The notes under the pieces were generated by a model. The model had not been told where the DNA came from. It did not search any database and saw nothing but the letters and a program-made list of their open reading frames with translations. Made by a program: the position numbers and the translations under genes. Shown piece after piece: positions 13,669 to 25,369 of a stretch of 64,000 bases of DNA (the first letter of the stretch is position 1; the number at the start of each line of letters is the position of its first letter). Source of the DNA: Catajapyx aquilonaris (taxonomy: Eukaryota); assembly GCA_000934665.2 (NCBI GenBank), contig KZ538250.1, positions 1-64,000 on the forward strand, given 5' to 3'.

Positions 13669-14329
13669 TGCTTTAAATGATCCACCGTCTAACCTTGATG
13701 CTACTCCACACCAAACCTAAACGCGATAGTTTAGGTGATAAGGTCCTCACAGAGTTGTCTTGCACATGACAATTTCCGAGGTACCTTGCGGGGCATGGAT
13801 AACTCCGCATCTTGCCGAGAGCCTTATTGCCCTAAGTTATCGGGTTTTAGGTTGGGGTATGGGATGGGATTGAGATGTGACGGTTGATCAGCGCTGCCAC
13901 AAAAAATTGGCTCCACTATATAGAAAATTTGCTTTTAACATCTCCTCGAAGGAGTTATACCCTGTAGCATGTATAGTGCGCTACAGGTTACAGTACAAAA
14001 TGCATAATTTCGGGACACATTAAAAACAGTCTGTATAGGTGTTTAAATACTGTATACTGCATAGATGATGCACTGTGAAGTCTCAGTTCAATATATACAA
14101 TAGGAATACATCAAGTTGTGAAATGTTTAGCCCAATAAGTAAAAAGAAGCAACTATCAAGACAAGTGTTGCTTGCAACAAGCTTTTCTCCCTTAAACTTG
14201 TTACTGGACTAAATAATCCGTAACTATCTTCCCCTCTTTTCCCCATTAACTGGAGATGTGAGAAGTGCACCACCCAAGTTTACAGCGATGCTAATATAAC
14301 AAGTTGAACTTTTAAAAGAGTGGTCTTAC

Positions 14330-14383
14330 CTGCTGTACTACCAAGATTACCAGAACGGCACACAGAACCCAAGAGTACTTCAT
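14330..14383 (-). CDS. Exon 1 (signal peptide) of the small secreted Gly-rich protein
   Basis: ATG at 14383 in context ATCAACGATG, then MKYSWVLCAVLVILVVQQ and donor CAG|GTAAGA in phase 0. Splicing to exon 2 completes MKYSWVLCAVLVILVVQQAFA, a typical signal peptide ending A-x-A. Confidence 0.85.
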
Positions 14384-14401
14384 CGTTGATTCTCGTTCAG
14401 G

Positions 14402-14440
14402 GAATGCTGATATGTTCACTTGCTGCCTGGAGTTTATATA
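14402..14440 (-). promoter_or_regulatory. Core promoter of the small gene: TATATAAA box (14440-14433) and initiator-like ATCAGCATTC (14411-14402)
   Basis: TATA lies about 30 nt upstream of a near match to the arthropod initiator (TCAGT/GCATT type), which is about 25 nt upstream of the ATG. Confidence 0.7.
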
Positions 14441-15198
14441 CAAAACCTACCCTAATGTCTGCTGCTGATACATTCGGTGTTTTACATATTTTGCAATAAT
14501 TCCGGATTTCTCCGGTCATTATCAAATTGTGATTTAAATTACCCATCTGCGCTACATATGGTGTTCCTGCATTACTTGTGTGTTTTGTATAAGCTGCTGT
14601 ACTTATGATCTGCGTCACCTTTTATGAACAAGTTTCTACATGTTTTATCTACGAAAGTTGCCTTGCCATTCAGTTTGTATACGAACAGTGGACGAAAGCT
14701 ATAGCGTCATCCGTCCTAAGCAGTAGGAATATTATGGTATATTCGTGCAGATGGAGAGCAGTTGTGTAAGCTTATTATTCACTCCAGTATTTATCGTTGC
14801 ATAATTTTAACATGAAAAACTGATCTTACTATTCATTGATGCATCATTTTGGTTCCCATTTATAAAGCATGCAAGAATAAATTACGGCTATATAAACATG
14901 TTACCATAAGTAATGCCATGAACATGGAAGTTAAACTCAGAGTTGAGTAAAGCGAAGATGTTTTTGCAGTACTTATTACGAACATCGCTTCTGTCCATAT
15001 GTTACATGTAATATATTGCCTTGGGGGAAAGGAGATACATCACAATGGGCTTCGTCGAGGTGACTGTAATGGTGATAAAGGCAGGTTTTCACGCACCTGC
15101 CTCATGTACCTGCAGAAGTGGACATAAACGATGGTAACAGTTGTATGAAGTGCTACATTGAGATATAATAAGTGACATTTTCTCGCTGGTGAAGCAGT

Positions 15199-15257
15199 AG
15201 CATTCATTATATCTTACGTCAGTTTGTCACAAACTGACGTAAGATATAATGAATGCT
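15199..15257. repeat. 59-bp perfect inverted repeat (29-bp arms, 1-nt spacer)
   Basis: AGCATTCATTATATCTTACGTCAGTTTGT-C-ACAAACTGACGTAAGATATAATGAATGCT; the arms are exact reverse complements. Confidence 0.95.
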
Positions 15258-15629
15258 TAGTATTTACTCCGATTTACTCCCTTGTTTTCTGAAGGCGGTC
15301 TGCAGTAACTTTGTCGAAAGAAAGCAAAAACTTCCAAGCAAATATTTTATTTCTATAAATGACAATATTTGGGAATATTATTTTGGAATATAAACCTATC
15401 AACATTTAAAATCACGATATCTTCAAGAAACAGGAGAAGGCTTGTAATGTAAGGCATAACTTTCGTCATAGTAGGTGTTTTGTTTGTATTGAAAAAGTGT
15501 AATTTTAAAGCCCTGCACTGCCACTTCCTTGAATATACTCGTAATTCGAATGAGCTCAAGCACACAAGTTGTACTACAGGGTTATGCGCACTTCCTCTCT
15601 GATTGAGCGTTATTACAAATTTCTAAGAC

Positions 15630-15888
15630 GAAATTACCATACCGTAGTTGATTTTGACTGTTTAGGCTTTATTAGATAATAGCTTGTTAAGTTTTGAATC
15701 GCCTTAACACTCGGGTGATAAGCTCATCCTGTGGGCTAGGCGACCCGCAAAACATCTCTGCTACACGGGTCCCATGCCGTGGAGGATGAGTCCTATCACC
15801 AGCGTGTTAAGGCCATTGAAAACCTAACAAGCTATTATCTCAGTAATAAAGCCGCAACTGCCTTAGGCTAATCAACTACGGTAATTTC
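15630..15888. mobile_element. Degenerate foldback/MITE, about 250 bp, with long imperfect TIRs
   Basis: TACCGTAGTTGATT...AATCAACTACGGTA ends. Internal inverted matches: GATAATAGCTTGTTA/TAACAAGCTATTATC, GCCTTAACAC/GTGTTAAGGC, CTCATCCT/AGGATGAG. Confidence 0.75.
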
Positions 15889-16488
15889 TTCTTTGTTTGC
15901 AATAAGGCTAAATCCGAGATGAAGTGCACCACCCTGCATATTTTACGGCACCTACGAGTATACTACCTTGCAGCACTCTGGAAGGAATCACCCGAATCAC
16001 CCTGTATTCGTCTGTATAGTGTATAGCGTTATTACGCACATGCCAGACGAAATCATGTTAGAGTCACTGATGTTAATGAAGCGGGTAACTGACTGCATGG
16101 CATATTTGCTGAAAGTGTTGTTCTTCCCACTTCGCTACTGCCGAGTCAGTAAAGGATTCCGTAATGTACCGATACTGTATTATGGTCCAAACAATATTCT
16201 GCACACTCGTTGTTTGGTATGTGAATTCCATTACCTGTAGCACATGCCTCATTTGTGGCAAGTGCGGTAGTGGTACTCACAGGATATGTTACGAAGGAGG
16301 GAGTGTTTACAATAATATTTGGACGACAGTATTTTTGTATCAATGATTGCCATTACGGATTTGAAATTACAACATTTAATTTGAAGCAGCTGGATCGCAC
16401 CAGGGAGCAGGATAAATATTATAGCGGAAGTGACACCCCATAATCTCTACTGAAATGGTACGCCCGCTGACTATTCTCTTCTTGTCAG

Positions 16489-16590
16489 CAGCGAGCCTCT
16501 TCGTCCTTCATCCAAAAGATTGAAGAGGAAGGGTCGCCGTGGGCCCAGCAAGCGCACCAATGGCTCATCCGCAGCCTCCACAACCTCGAG
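16489..16590 (+). CDS. Candidate 102-nt stem-region exon of FAM20C (unconfirmed)
   Basis: GC-rich island with branch-like CTGAC, pyrimidine tract and acceptor ctattctcttcttgtcag. The phase 2/2 reading SEPLRPSSKRLKRKGRRGPSKRTNGSSAASTTS(R) joins in frame to exon 29147 (AG+A). Donor AG|GTAGCC is weak and there is no recognisable homology. Confidence 0.4.
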
Positions 16591-17905
16591 GTAGCCAATC
16601 TGATTGGCTGCACGTGTCTCTTTTTCTCTGCGTGTGGGACATTGCTGTGTGTTTTACATTCCTACACGCCGGAAAAAAAGCGATTGAAAACATTATATGT
16701 GTATCGAACCGACATTGGACTGTCGATCACGCAACCGCATTGTGCAATTGTGTCATTTGCGGCCAGTAGGCTAGATATCTGTATGTGAGTGTGTGTGTGT
16801 GTGTGGGGGGGGGGGGGTGTTGGTTGTCGCAAGCGACAGGATGCAGTGGCTCACTAACATGTGTGTTGGAGAGATTGGGAGGCTGATGATTTTGGCTTGC
16901 TATAACCATGGGATTGGTGTGTCAAAGTACTGTAATTGTGCAAGAGGAAGTGGGCCAGTTAATTGCAAGGTTTGGTTGCAGGGAATTCCCATACCTTGCA
17001 GAGGGAGTCCACAGAGGGCATGTAACCTAAAATGTGAAATAGTAATGTCCAACATGGGCCATTTGACACTTGTAGTTGAATTCACTCGCAAAAAGTGTCT
17101 CAGTGTCAACTCGTAGGCATATTTTTGCATTTGACTAAAATAACTTCAGGCTGGCGGGTTAACTGTAGCTGAAATGGAAATGATTAATTCTAATGGAGTT
17201 TCTGATGAACACCATTACTTTTTTTTAGAGAATAAGCTTCTCATACCGCCATTTTAAGATGAGAGGCTCTTTCTTCTCGCCTGCTTAAAATTAATGGCGT
17301 ACTATATTGCTTTGGAGAGGATACTATAGGCCTACATGTATACATCACCTGATGTGCATGTTGCGGCGGATGAGCATGGTATAGGAAGGGCTGGTAAGGT
17401 TAGCTTTATCACATTCATTCTACGTTTGAGTTAAACTTATCGCAGCTGTTATTTATAAATGGCATACATCTAAGTAAAAATAGTAAACATACAACTCACT
17501 GTGCATATACAGTACTTGACACATTTTAAATTGTATTAACATTCCGGGATATTCTGGCTAGGAATTAATTCGGCTGCACAATTTGCAGAATGACACAAAT
17601 CTATTGTGCCGTAACATAGCTTCTGGAGAAGGGTAGCCTCACTTTTAAAATTCCGGACACGCATGTCGTGACATGTAATAAAACATCACCTTTGTTCCGG
17701 GCTGCTGTGTGATATAGGTCACGTCCTTACTGCGGAAATAAATTTCACGCCGAAGACGACGGATAGCTTCTTAATACGGGTTACGTGCTAGGATCCGTCA
17801 GGGCCAGAAAACACTTCTCCCACACCAGGTGTCTTAAAAAACGGCATATTTTTGGATCTGCTACAAGAGGGTATACAGGCATTTCGAAAGTGAATCGGCC
17901 CAACA

Positions 17906-17977
17906 GCCTCTGTAGTTTAGCGGCAGAACACATGCTCCTTGTGAGTGTGGACCTGGGTTCGAATCCCAGCAGAGGCA
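17906..17977 (+). pseudogene. tRNA-like element (pseudo-tRNA or tRNA-derived SINE head), 72 nt
   Basis: Acceptor stem GCCTCTG/CAGAGGC plus discriminator A; D-arm GTTT/GAAC with A-box TAGTTTAGCGG; T-arm CTGGG-TTCGAAT-CCCAG (B-box). The anticodon arm is non-canonical (loop CCTTGTG lacks U33 and purine-37). Confidence 0.7.
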
Positions 17978-20900
17978 GAAGGGTTCGAATCACCTGTTTT
18001 CTGTCCTTGATTTTTGGGATATTAGAAAAGTGTGTACATCCCACTCTTTTCAAACAATACAAGCAGATAGGTTTTTCACATAGTACTATAGTACTCGTCA
18101 CATTCCGCCATCTGCTGTTGACTGACGGAAGTTTACTGTTAATCCTGCACTTCGTTTGCATGGGTAATTTTGCAGAGGTTATTTACCACAAGTGGGACAC
18201 GTAGTACAGAGCAACAGGAACAATTTCAAAAAGGCGTTGGAGCATATCTGGTGATATACACAAGAAAGGGAGATTATTCCGGCCATTTAACAATTCCGCG
18301 CTGCCTGGAGGCTTATTTCGCAGCATTTCGCGGCAGGGAATAATGCAGCCACATAAATTTTCAAGCCAGAATAGGATATATTTTATGGTTGTAGCTTGGA
18401 GGAGGGAAGAAATCAGGAAGAATAAAGCAAATGAATGGAGATGAGTGCGACAACACGTCATCTAGATATTAGCGATTTATAAAGCTCAAACGAGTATATC
18501 ATAATTACACTTATCGTGCCAGGAGGTTACTACCAGAAAGTTGCTTAAAGCTGTGTGCTATATTAAGCTATATAAGTTTGTGAGCTCTAGCAGGCTGGCC
18601 TACATTTTAAAGTTCAGTCTTTAGGTACATCCTCCTACACTGTATGCATTACTTTTTCTCGCTTAATTGTGAAGATATGCCTTAAGCCCATTAGAAGGAT
18701 AATAGTTTAGAGTACTGTAGAGACACATTTGTTTTAAAGTCTTCCTTTTAGTTCATATTTTGAAATGCATCTTTACAATGAACAAAATCTGCCTCGAAAA
18801 TACCAGAAAGCAACTGAACTTCTGCCTTATGTTGCATTTTAATTGAGTCCAGATGAACTACTGATGAACTCTCTGTAGGTTTTTAATGTGAGACAGTACG
18901 AATGAACTCTAGCTGAATGTATCATTCAGCTAGAGTTCATTTGTTACCCCTCAAAGAAAACGTCCGGAAACTTCGAAATAACGAGCTTACCTTAAAGACA
19001 TCCCTAGAGTGCGCAGCAAAAATTTTCTTTTGTTGTTGTTACTGGTCTGCTTTGAAGGGAATATCGCTTGAAATATATCGTATAATGATGCTGCGTTTCT
19101 AGCCAAATATTATTACGCTCAAAAATTGCTCTTTTTGCATGATATGTGATGTTCTCATATAGAAATATTCAGCTGTATAAAAACTACGTTTTGATTACCT
19201 ATCCGCACTTCAGGTTGTATCGATATGCATTTTGCATTGTTCTGGTTGTTGGTCCTATCCGGTAGCCAAGTTCCATACACAGCCCCTGGTTGAATCTGTG
19301 TTTCAAACCTATTATTCACATTGTGTACCCATAGAGCCGAGCCGGGAATTGGCTGTGAAACCAGCTTAACATCAGTAGGGAATAATGCTATGAAGACTGT
19401 TTTTCCTAGAACCACTTATAGGCTTTTGGTTGACTCGGCGATTATCGGCAGATCTGGCTCTTATCTGCATGGATCCGCCAATAAACCGCGAACTTGCAAG
19501 GGATTTTGGGCAGCTCGCCTTTAATATTTAAATTGGTAAAACATGTAAAAATAATTGACACCCAAAGTGCGTTCAAATCCTACTCGATACTGCGGATGAC
19601 ACATTTCCCGAAATGACACTGCCGAACGTTCTTCTCTTTCAACTAATCCCCTCAACTGATTACTAGGCATCGTTATCAGCTTTTTATCCTCGTCAGACCT
19701 CTAATCACTCATTACCAGCCAAATCCCTGCTACATGTGCACTTTATTTCCCGCTAATAGCAGCTTAAATTTGTATGACCCCGATACATCGAATTGCTCGC
19801 TCTGAAATAGTCAACCAAGTTTACGTACATGCGGAGAAGGTCTGGCATCTGGGGTGCTGGCACATATCTACGAATGACTGGATTTGAGGGTTATGGGGTT
19901 GATGGTGCAGAGTTAAGCTGTCGAAAATAATAAAGGTTGGCACACCCATCAGTGAGGGAACACCTGCCGGTACATGCTCCAGCACATTTGGGACCCCAAA
20001 ATGAGGAATATTCAACAAGTTGCTAGTGACTAACTGTAAGTGCCGGGCATATTAGAGTATTTCTTTGACATGTCAAAGGAGCGCCTAAATTTCTTGCTAT
20101 GTTTTAGGCTAACGTTTAGGGTCGACTATATTGCATTTCGCAGCTATGGAAATGTGGACATTATCCAGTATAATTATGAAGTATGGCATCAGTGTGCTCT
20201 TTATATGGCACTTTCATTAATTTTGAGAATAGAATTAGCAAATAAGTTATGGAAATCCAAGTAAGGCAGCAACACAAGTTAAGCGAAATTATTTCTTGAT
20301 TACGTGTTAACGGAATTATACGATATATTGTGACTTTTTAAGTGAGGTTTGTATAAGATATCTCATTGCCACTAATATTTCCTAAAATCTCCGACTATAA
20401 TTGCAATTATTCCAATATGACATTTTGATAATTTTAGTAGTGTCATAGCATACCTTTACTAGCTCGTTGCTTGATTTACAGTAGGCTGATTCAAATGTTA
20501 AAATAATTGGCGAGAATTGGCCTACCTTTGAAGAATGAAACTGTTTACAAGCAGGACTTTCTCAAAAAGGATGTGTGGCGTGATTATTAGTTGCTGACTT
20601 TTTTATTACTGCTGATTTTTGTTCACTTTTCACGACCATCTCTCTGCGTTTTGTAACCGGAAGATAACGTATACAGTAATTTAGGAAATTATACACATAT
20701 GGGGAAAAATCATTACCACAACATTAGACTGAAATCAGAGTCTGCATTGGGAGTTGAAATATATCGTAACCTTGGATATAATAAAAATGCTTCCTGACCA
20801 CACATCCGTTCTACTATCTCCCGTGCAACCAACTTGTGCTGGTATTTATAACCACTCCACTCTAACTTTCGTCACATTACTAACTATCCATATCAATGTA

Positions 20901-23900
20901 TGGCAGCAGCCTCGGGGCTTGTTTGATTTTCTGATCTACCTTCTCAACATGCAACTGAACTCCTCGTATCTAAATTCGAATATATTTTTGTATCTATATA
21001 CAGTAGATTATTTTACGCGGCTGGTCAGAGATAAAAACCACTCAGAGCGTACTTCGTTAAAGTGAGACAAAGTGGTTAAAAAATTACTTTGGCAATAGCT
21101 GGTTGTAGGTAGGGCGTCAATCCAGTCACTCTTGTAAATGTGGCAGATCTAGTTAGTCCGATTAATTTCGACAGAACTTTTTGCATGCTGAACAGCACTG
21201 TGTCATCATCATAATTAAAGGAGCTTAGGTGCAAAGTGGGCTATCTGACATTTGTATCGAAACAACATTGTCATTGAATATCGATCCTTACACTATAACT
21301 CTAAACTATAGCACTACAGATAATGCATGTTTGCTCCACACTTCATAACAGTACCATTATCGAACATTTCTGTGTTTTTTTTTTGCTTTTGTAGTCTGTA
21401 GTCTTATACGTTAGGCAAACTTTTCCACCTATCGGTTCATTAATGATCTCAATACGACTGAATGAGCAGTCTATAATTGCACATATCAAAGGAAATCTTC
21501 CGCGGGGAAATTGATTTCCTAGTAGGTTCACAACATACTTGGCCATTGAAAAGCCGGGGTATAGGGTGAGTTGGATATGGTCAACCCCTTTTCCATCCCC
21601 ACAGTCCTCATCCCTACCCTCCACCCCACTCACCCCCATTGTAAAAGGAGGATATGGTCCATCAGGGACTGATTAATGTCCCGCCACTCTTCCTTCAAGG
21701 ATGCTCTTCATCTGTGCATGTTTGTCAACTGCAGAGGAATGGCCACACAACTTGAGCCGGCCAACCTATGACAACACTTGAAGTGCAGGGTGTACCGAAA
21801 GCTATCGGAAACACCTATGAGAGCGCAGTTTTTGTGTGATTATTACACATTTGTCAAATATTAATGGAAGGAACACTGGTCATTTTTGAGGGCACAAAGT
21901 GCGTGACCTAATTGTTAAACATTTTGATTGCGGATGATACTGTAGGTAGCGGGTTAAATAAATAACTACATGTTTCCATTGTAAGCATAGCGCCATTTAT
22001 CTGGTTATATTATTGTGACAGTTGAGCATGTTTTTCACACTCTCTGAGAATGTTAATACAACGGTTCATGTGCAGACAATAATGACTCTAAATGTTCAAT
22101 TATGATAGACTTTATTTTAATTTTCAATAAAATATTAAAGCATTTAATATGTTGCTCGAGATTATATTTGGTTGTTTCATAAGTCAAGCTCTCGGATACA
22201 AGCATTTGTATTAAACTTTTGAATCAGCCTGTGCGGTTTGATCACGCATGAGCTTGATAAAGAGTCGAGAGAGGGAGCGATGGCCATATAAGCACATTTC
22301 AAAATATGTGTACTTGATCTGAAAAAAACCCACATGTGATTTAAAACCAAGCTGTCGGTCCCCGGGGTCCCCACCAGTTCGTTGATATCGCATTTCTGTC
22401 AAACGTGCGTATGAATTTATTGTGGCGTTGTGCCACAAAAGAGCGACCAATGGGAATATTTTCCCTGGGTGAAGGAGAGCTGATTTGCATACCCACTTTG
22501 TAACGTAACGATGGGCACACACGATGGTTGGCATTTAGTGTGGCATTTAGTAGCGTCTGGCACGTGGCGATTACATTCAACTTGTGTATACAAAGCCAAG
22601 TATTTTTAGTGAGCTAATTACATCGATTAGGGTCTACCACTGTTGAATGACACAAAAGCGGGTTTGCTCTACAACTAAAGCTCGTACCGCTTCGTAACCA
22701 CTTCGTAACCGCTTCCCAACTTATATTCTCGATAATGAGCCTACTACCGAGTAAAGATACGCCATTTCCGTTGGTGCAAGCAGCCCCGAATATCGCTTCT
22801 GGTCACCACGATCTACAACCCGACTCTATCGGCACTCCAACAAGGATTTCCGCTCGACCAGCTCAGATAGTCTCCGACTCAACACGAGTTCTGTGAATGG
22901 CAGCACTCAGCTTGCATTCAAGATACATTAGTTACTGCGTTAGGCATTCTACTCGAGACGTGTATTGGGTGGCCGATTGCAGCGAAAAGCAGGAGGACTT
23001 GACTCTTCTCAACCCGCTCTGCTCATGACAGTTCGTCAATATGAAGAGATGCCGGGTAATCAAGCATGGAGAGTGCAAGGCATTCAAAACAAGGCTATAC
23101 CGTACAATAATAGTGTTGTGGCTTTTTTATAGGCTTTGAGCTTGAATAAATCGCGGATGTTGGGGGCTGTACAACAAATTATAGTGGTATAGGTTTGTAG
23201 TGTTGTTTATGTTCATAGTCTGTACAGACAGTCAGGTGGAACTAACTGCAACGTAATAATTTGCAGGTGTACTGGTGTCTGTTGGATTTCAGGTCTTGCG
23301 TGATTGCATTGTTGACAGGGGCATTGTAAATGGATGAATGGATTGGTTTCTCTTTGTGGCAATATGGGTTTGCCTCCACGGTACGTATATGCCGGTAATC
23401 CCGATATTTATTAGGTTCCACTGGTCAGGCAGTTGCATAACTGTTTCGTTGTTTGCATATTACATAACTGCTTGGGTTTGTGCTTTGATTTCCCATTAAC
23501 TCAAGCCACAGACAATTTTCATGATGCGATTCATTATAGAGTCGCTGACAGGAGTAATCTAATCAAGTGAACTTATTTTTGTAATGATACTGATGGATTT
23601 CAATTGGTAGAGAATCCTAGGATTGGGGATTAAGCGGCTGAAATCCCTCTCTCCCCAAATGCCATGGATTGAAAATGTCAATTGTACGCTTGGTGTCACG
23701 TGATGCATCAAATGCTTTTAAACACGGGTTTACCAAGTAACACTGTGTATTACATTACATTGAGCTTTACAAGCTAAATCACGTATTAGCCTGCTAATAA
23801 AACAATTTACTCCACTTTATCCCCATGTAGCATATTAATAAATTAAGGGACCCAAAATGAAAAAAAAATTAAATTCAAAAAAATGATTCAAAATACCCTT

Positions 23901-25227
23901 TTGCCTCAATAAATGAATACATAATTTTGGCTTTGTAAATAACCAAAATGTGACGCCGATGAGATGTGCCGTACGTAGTACAGTAGGTCAGGGCTATCCT
24001 GTACCCGTCTATATTTTATGCGCTCTACAGCCCATCCCATTATTTGGATTGACTGCTAAAATGAAATGCGACATTAGGACGAATCCTTCATAAATAAGTA
24101 CATAAATAAAACGGATGCCTCATGGCCCATTATCGAAAATGATGAAGCCTACACACTCCTAACGCCATCTATGCAATACCACGTCCGATCCTTTCTCCGC
24201 CATATTCCTCTGGTACAAAATCCAGTATTGAAGCAGATGATCCATTTAACTGAGGGTGGAGCTGACCATTTTGCATCTATAGATGGCTGCAGGGAATTAG
24301 TAGGGGGAAGTGCAAGTGGTGAATCAGTCAGTGGTCTTCCCTCTCTGGTGCAGCCATCCCAGCCAGTCAGCCTATTATATCCTGGAGGCAGGCAGGGAGC
24401 ATGGTTTTCTATGGCCTAACGTGTCTCTTGAACCACAAAGTCCTGGTGAATGGGGGTAGCAGTTGGGGGGGAGACCAGGAAGGCTTCTGCTACTGCTGCG
24501 GCGCCATCAAATCCAAAGGTTGTTTGCCGGCGCACAGCTGATAGCGTGTGACCAAGCTTTTGTTCCTCTCGGCTTTGACGAGCCAAAATAGGCCTAGATT
24601 AGCTGGCTTTTTACACGCCTGGCTCCCATCTACATGAGTATCGATTGAAAGCAAGTGGAGTGCCTTTTGTCACGTCCCTCCCCATGCCTCCTGCTCCATG
24701 TCCCTAGTTGCACGGAGCCAAAAGGGAGGAGAAAACCAGTTGGGGATTGAGCTTCATTGCCTTCAAGACACTCGACACTTCTTTTATGGAGATTCGTCTC
24801 ATTCGGTCAGATTTGGTTCTTCAATCTCGGTTGAGGAGGGTTTAGGACGTCTTGTGGAATTTAGGTTAGGGACACCCTATCTTACCTGGGACATGATGAG
24901 ATGACAAATGCGAAATCATGGGATGTTAGTCATCCTGGAAAATCCATGCTAATTTGAACGATGCCATCTGAAATGCTAGTTAATGACTATTTCGGCAAAT
25001 TTGAGATGTCCGAATCATGCTGATGACCCCGTCCCATAATCTCAAGTCATGCAATGTCACGCTTCCTACTGTCCTTTTTTTCTGAACAGAAAAGCGACTT
25101 TTGGAGGATTACAGATCTAGTGTCGGTGTTTTATTACTACGAGTACTTTAAAGTGTGACATCAAGCTTTACTCGACAAGTCACGGTCCATCACGCTGGCA
25201 TCTATTTCCATCTATCTGAATGACGTA

Positions 25228-25369
25228 CTATGGGGCTCAAATTGTTTTGGCCACTTTATCCTGGTCTTGAAGCAACCCTAAGCACAGGCCCCACGATGAG
25301 AAGGTGTGGGTGTGTGAAGGGTTGCTTCAAGATCAGGATAAAGTGGCCAAAACAATTTGAGCTCCATAG
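25228..25369. mobile_element. TA-flanked hairpin MITE (Tc1/mariner-superfamily type), 142 bp
   Basis: About 55-bp arms including flanks, GTACTATGGGGCTCAAATTGTTTTGGCCACTTTATCCTGGTCTTGAAGCAACCCT, with 2 mismatches to the reverse complement of the right arm; about 38-bp spacer; TA on both sides. Confidence 0.8.

Noticed and set aside
22640..23031. Weak inverted ends (AGCGGGTT / AACCCGCT) with an internal 11-bp tandem ACCGCTTCGTA
   Set aside because: Too degenerate to define boundaries or a TSD by eye.
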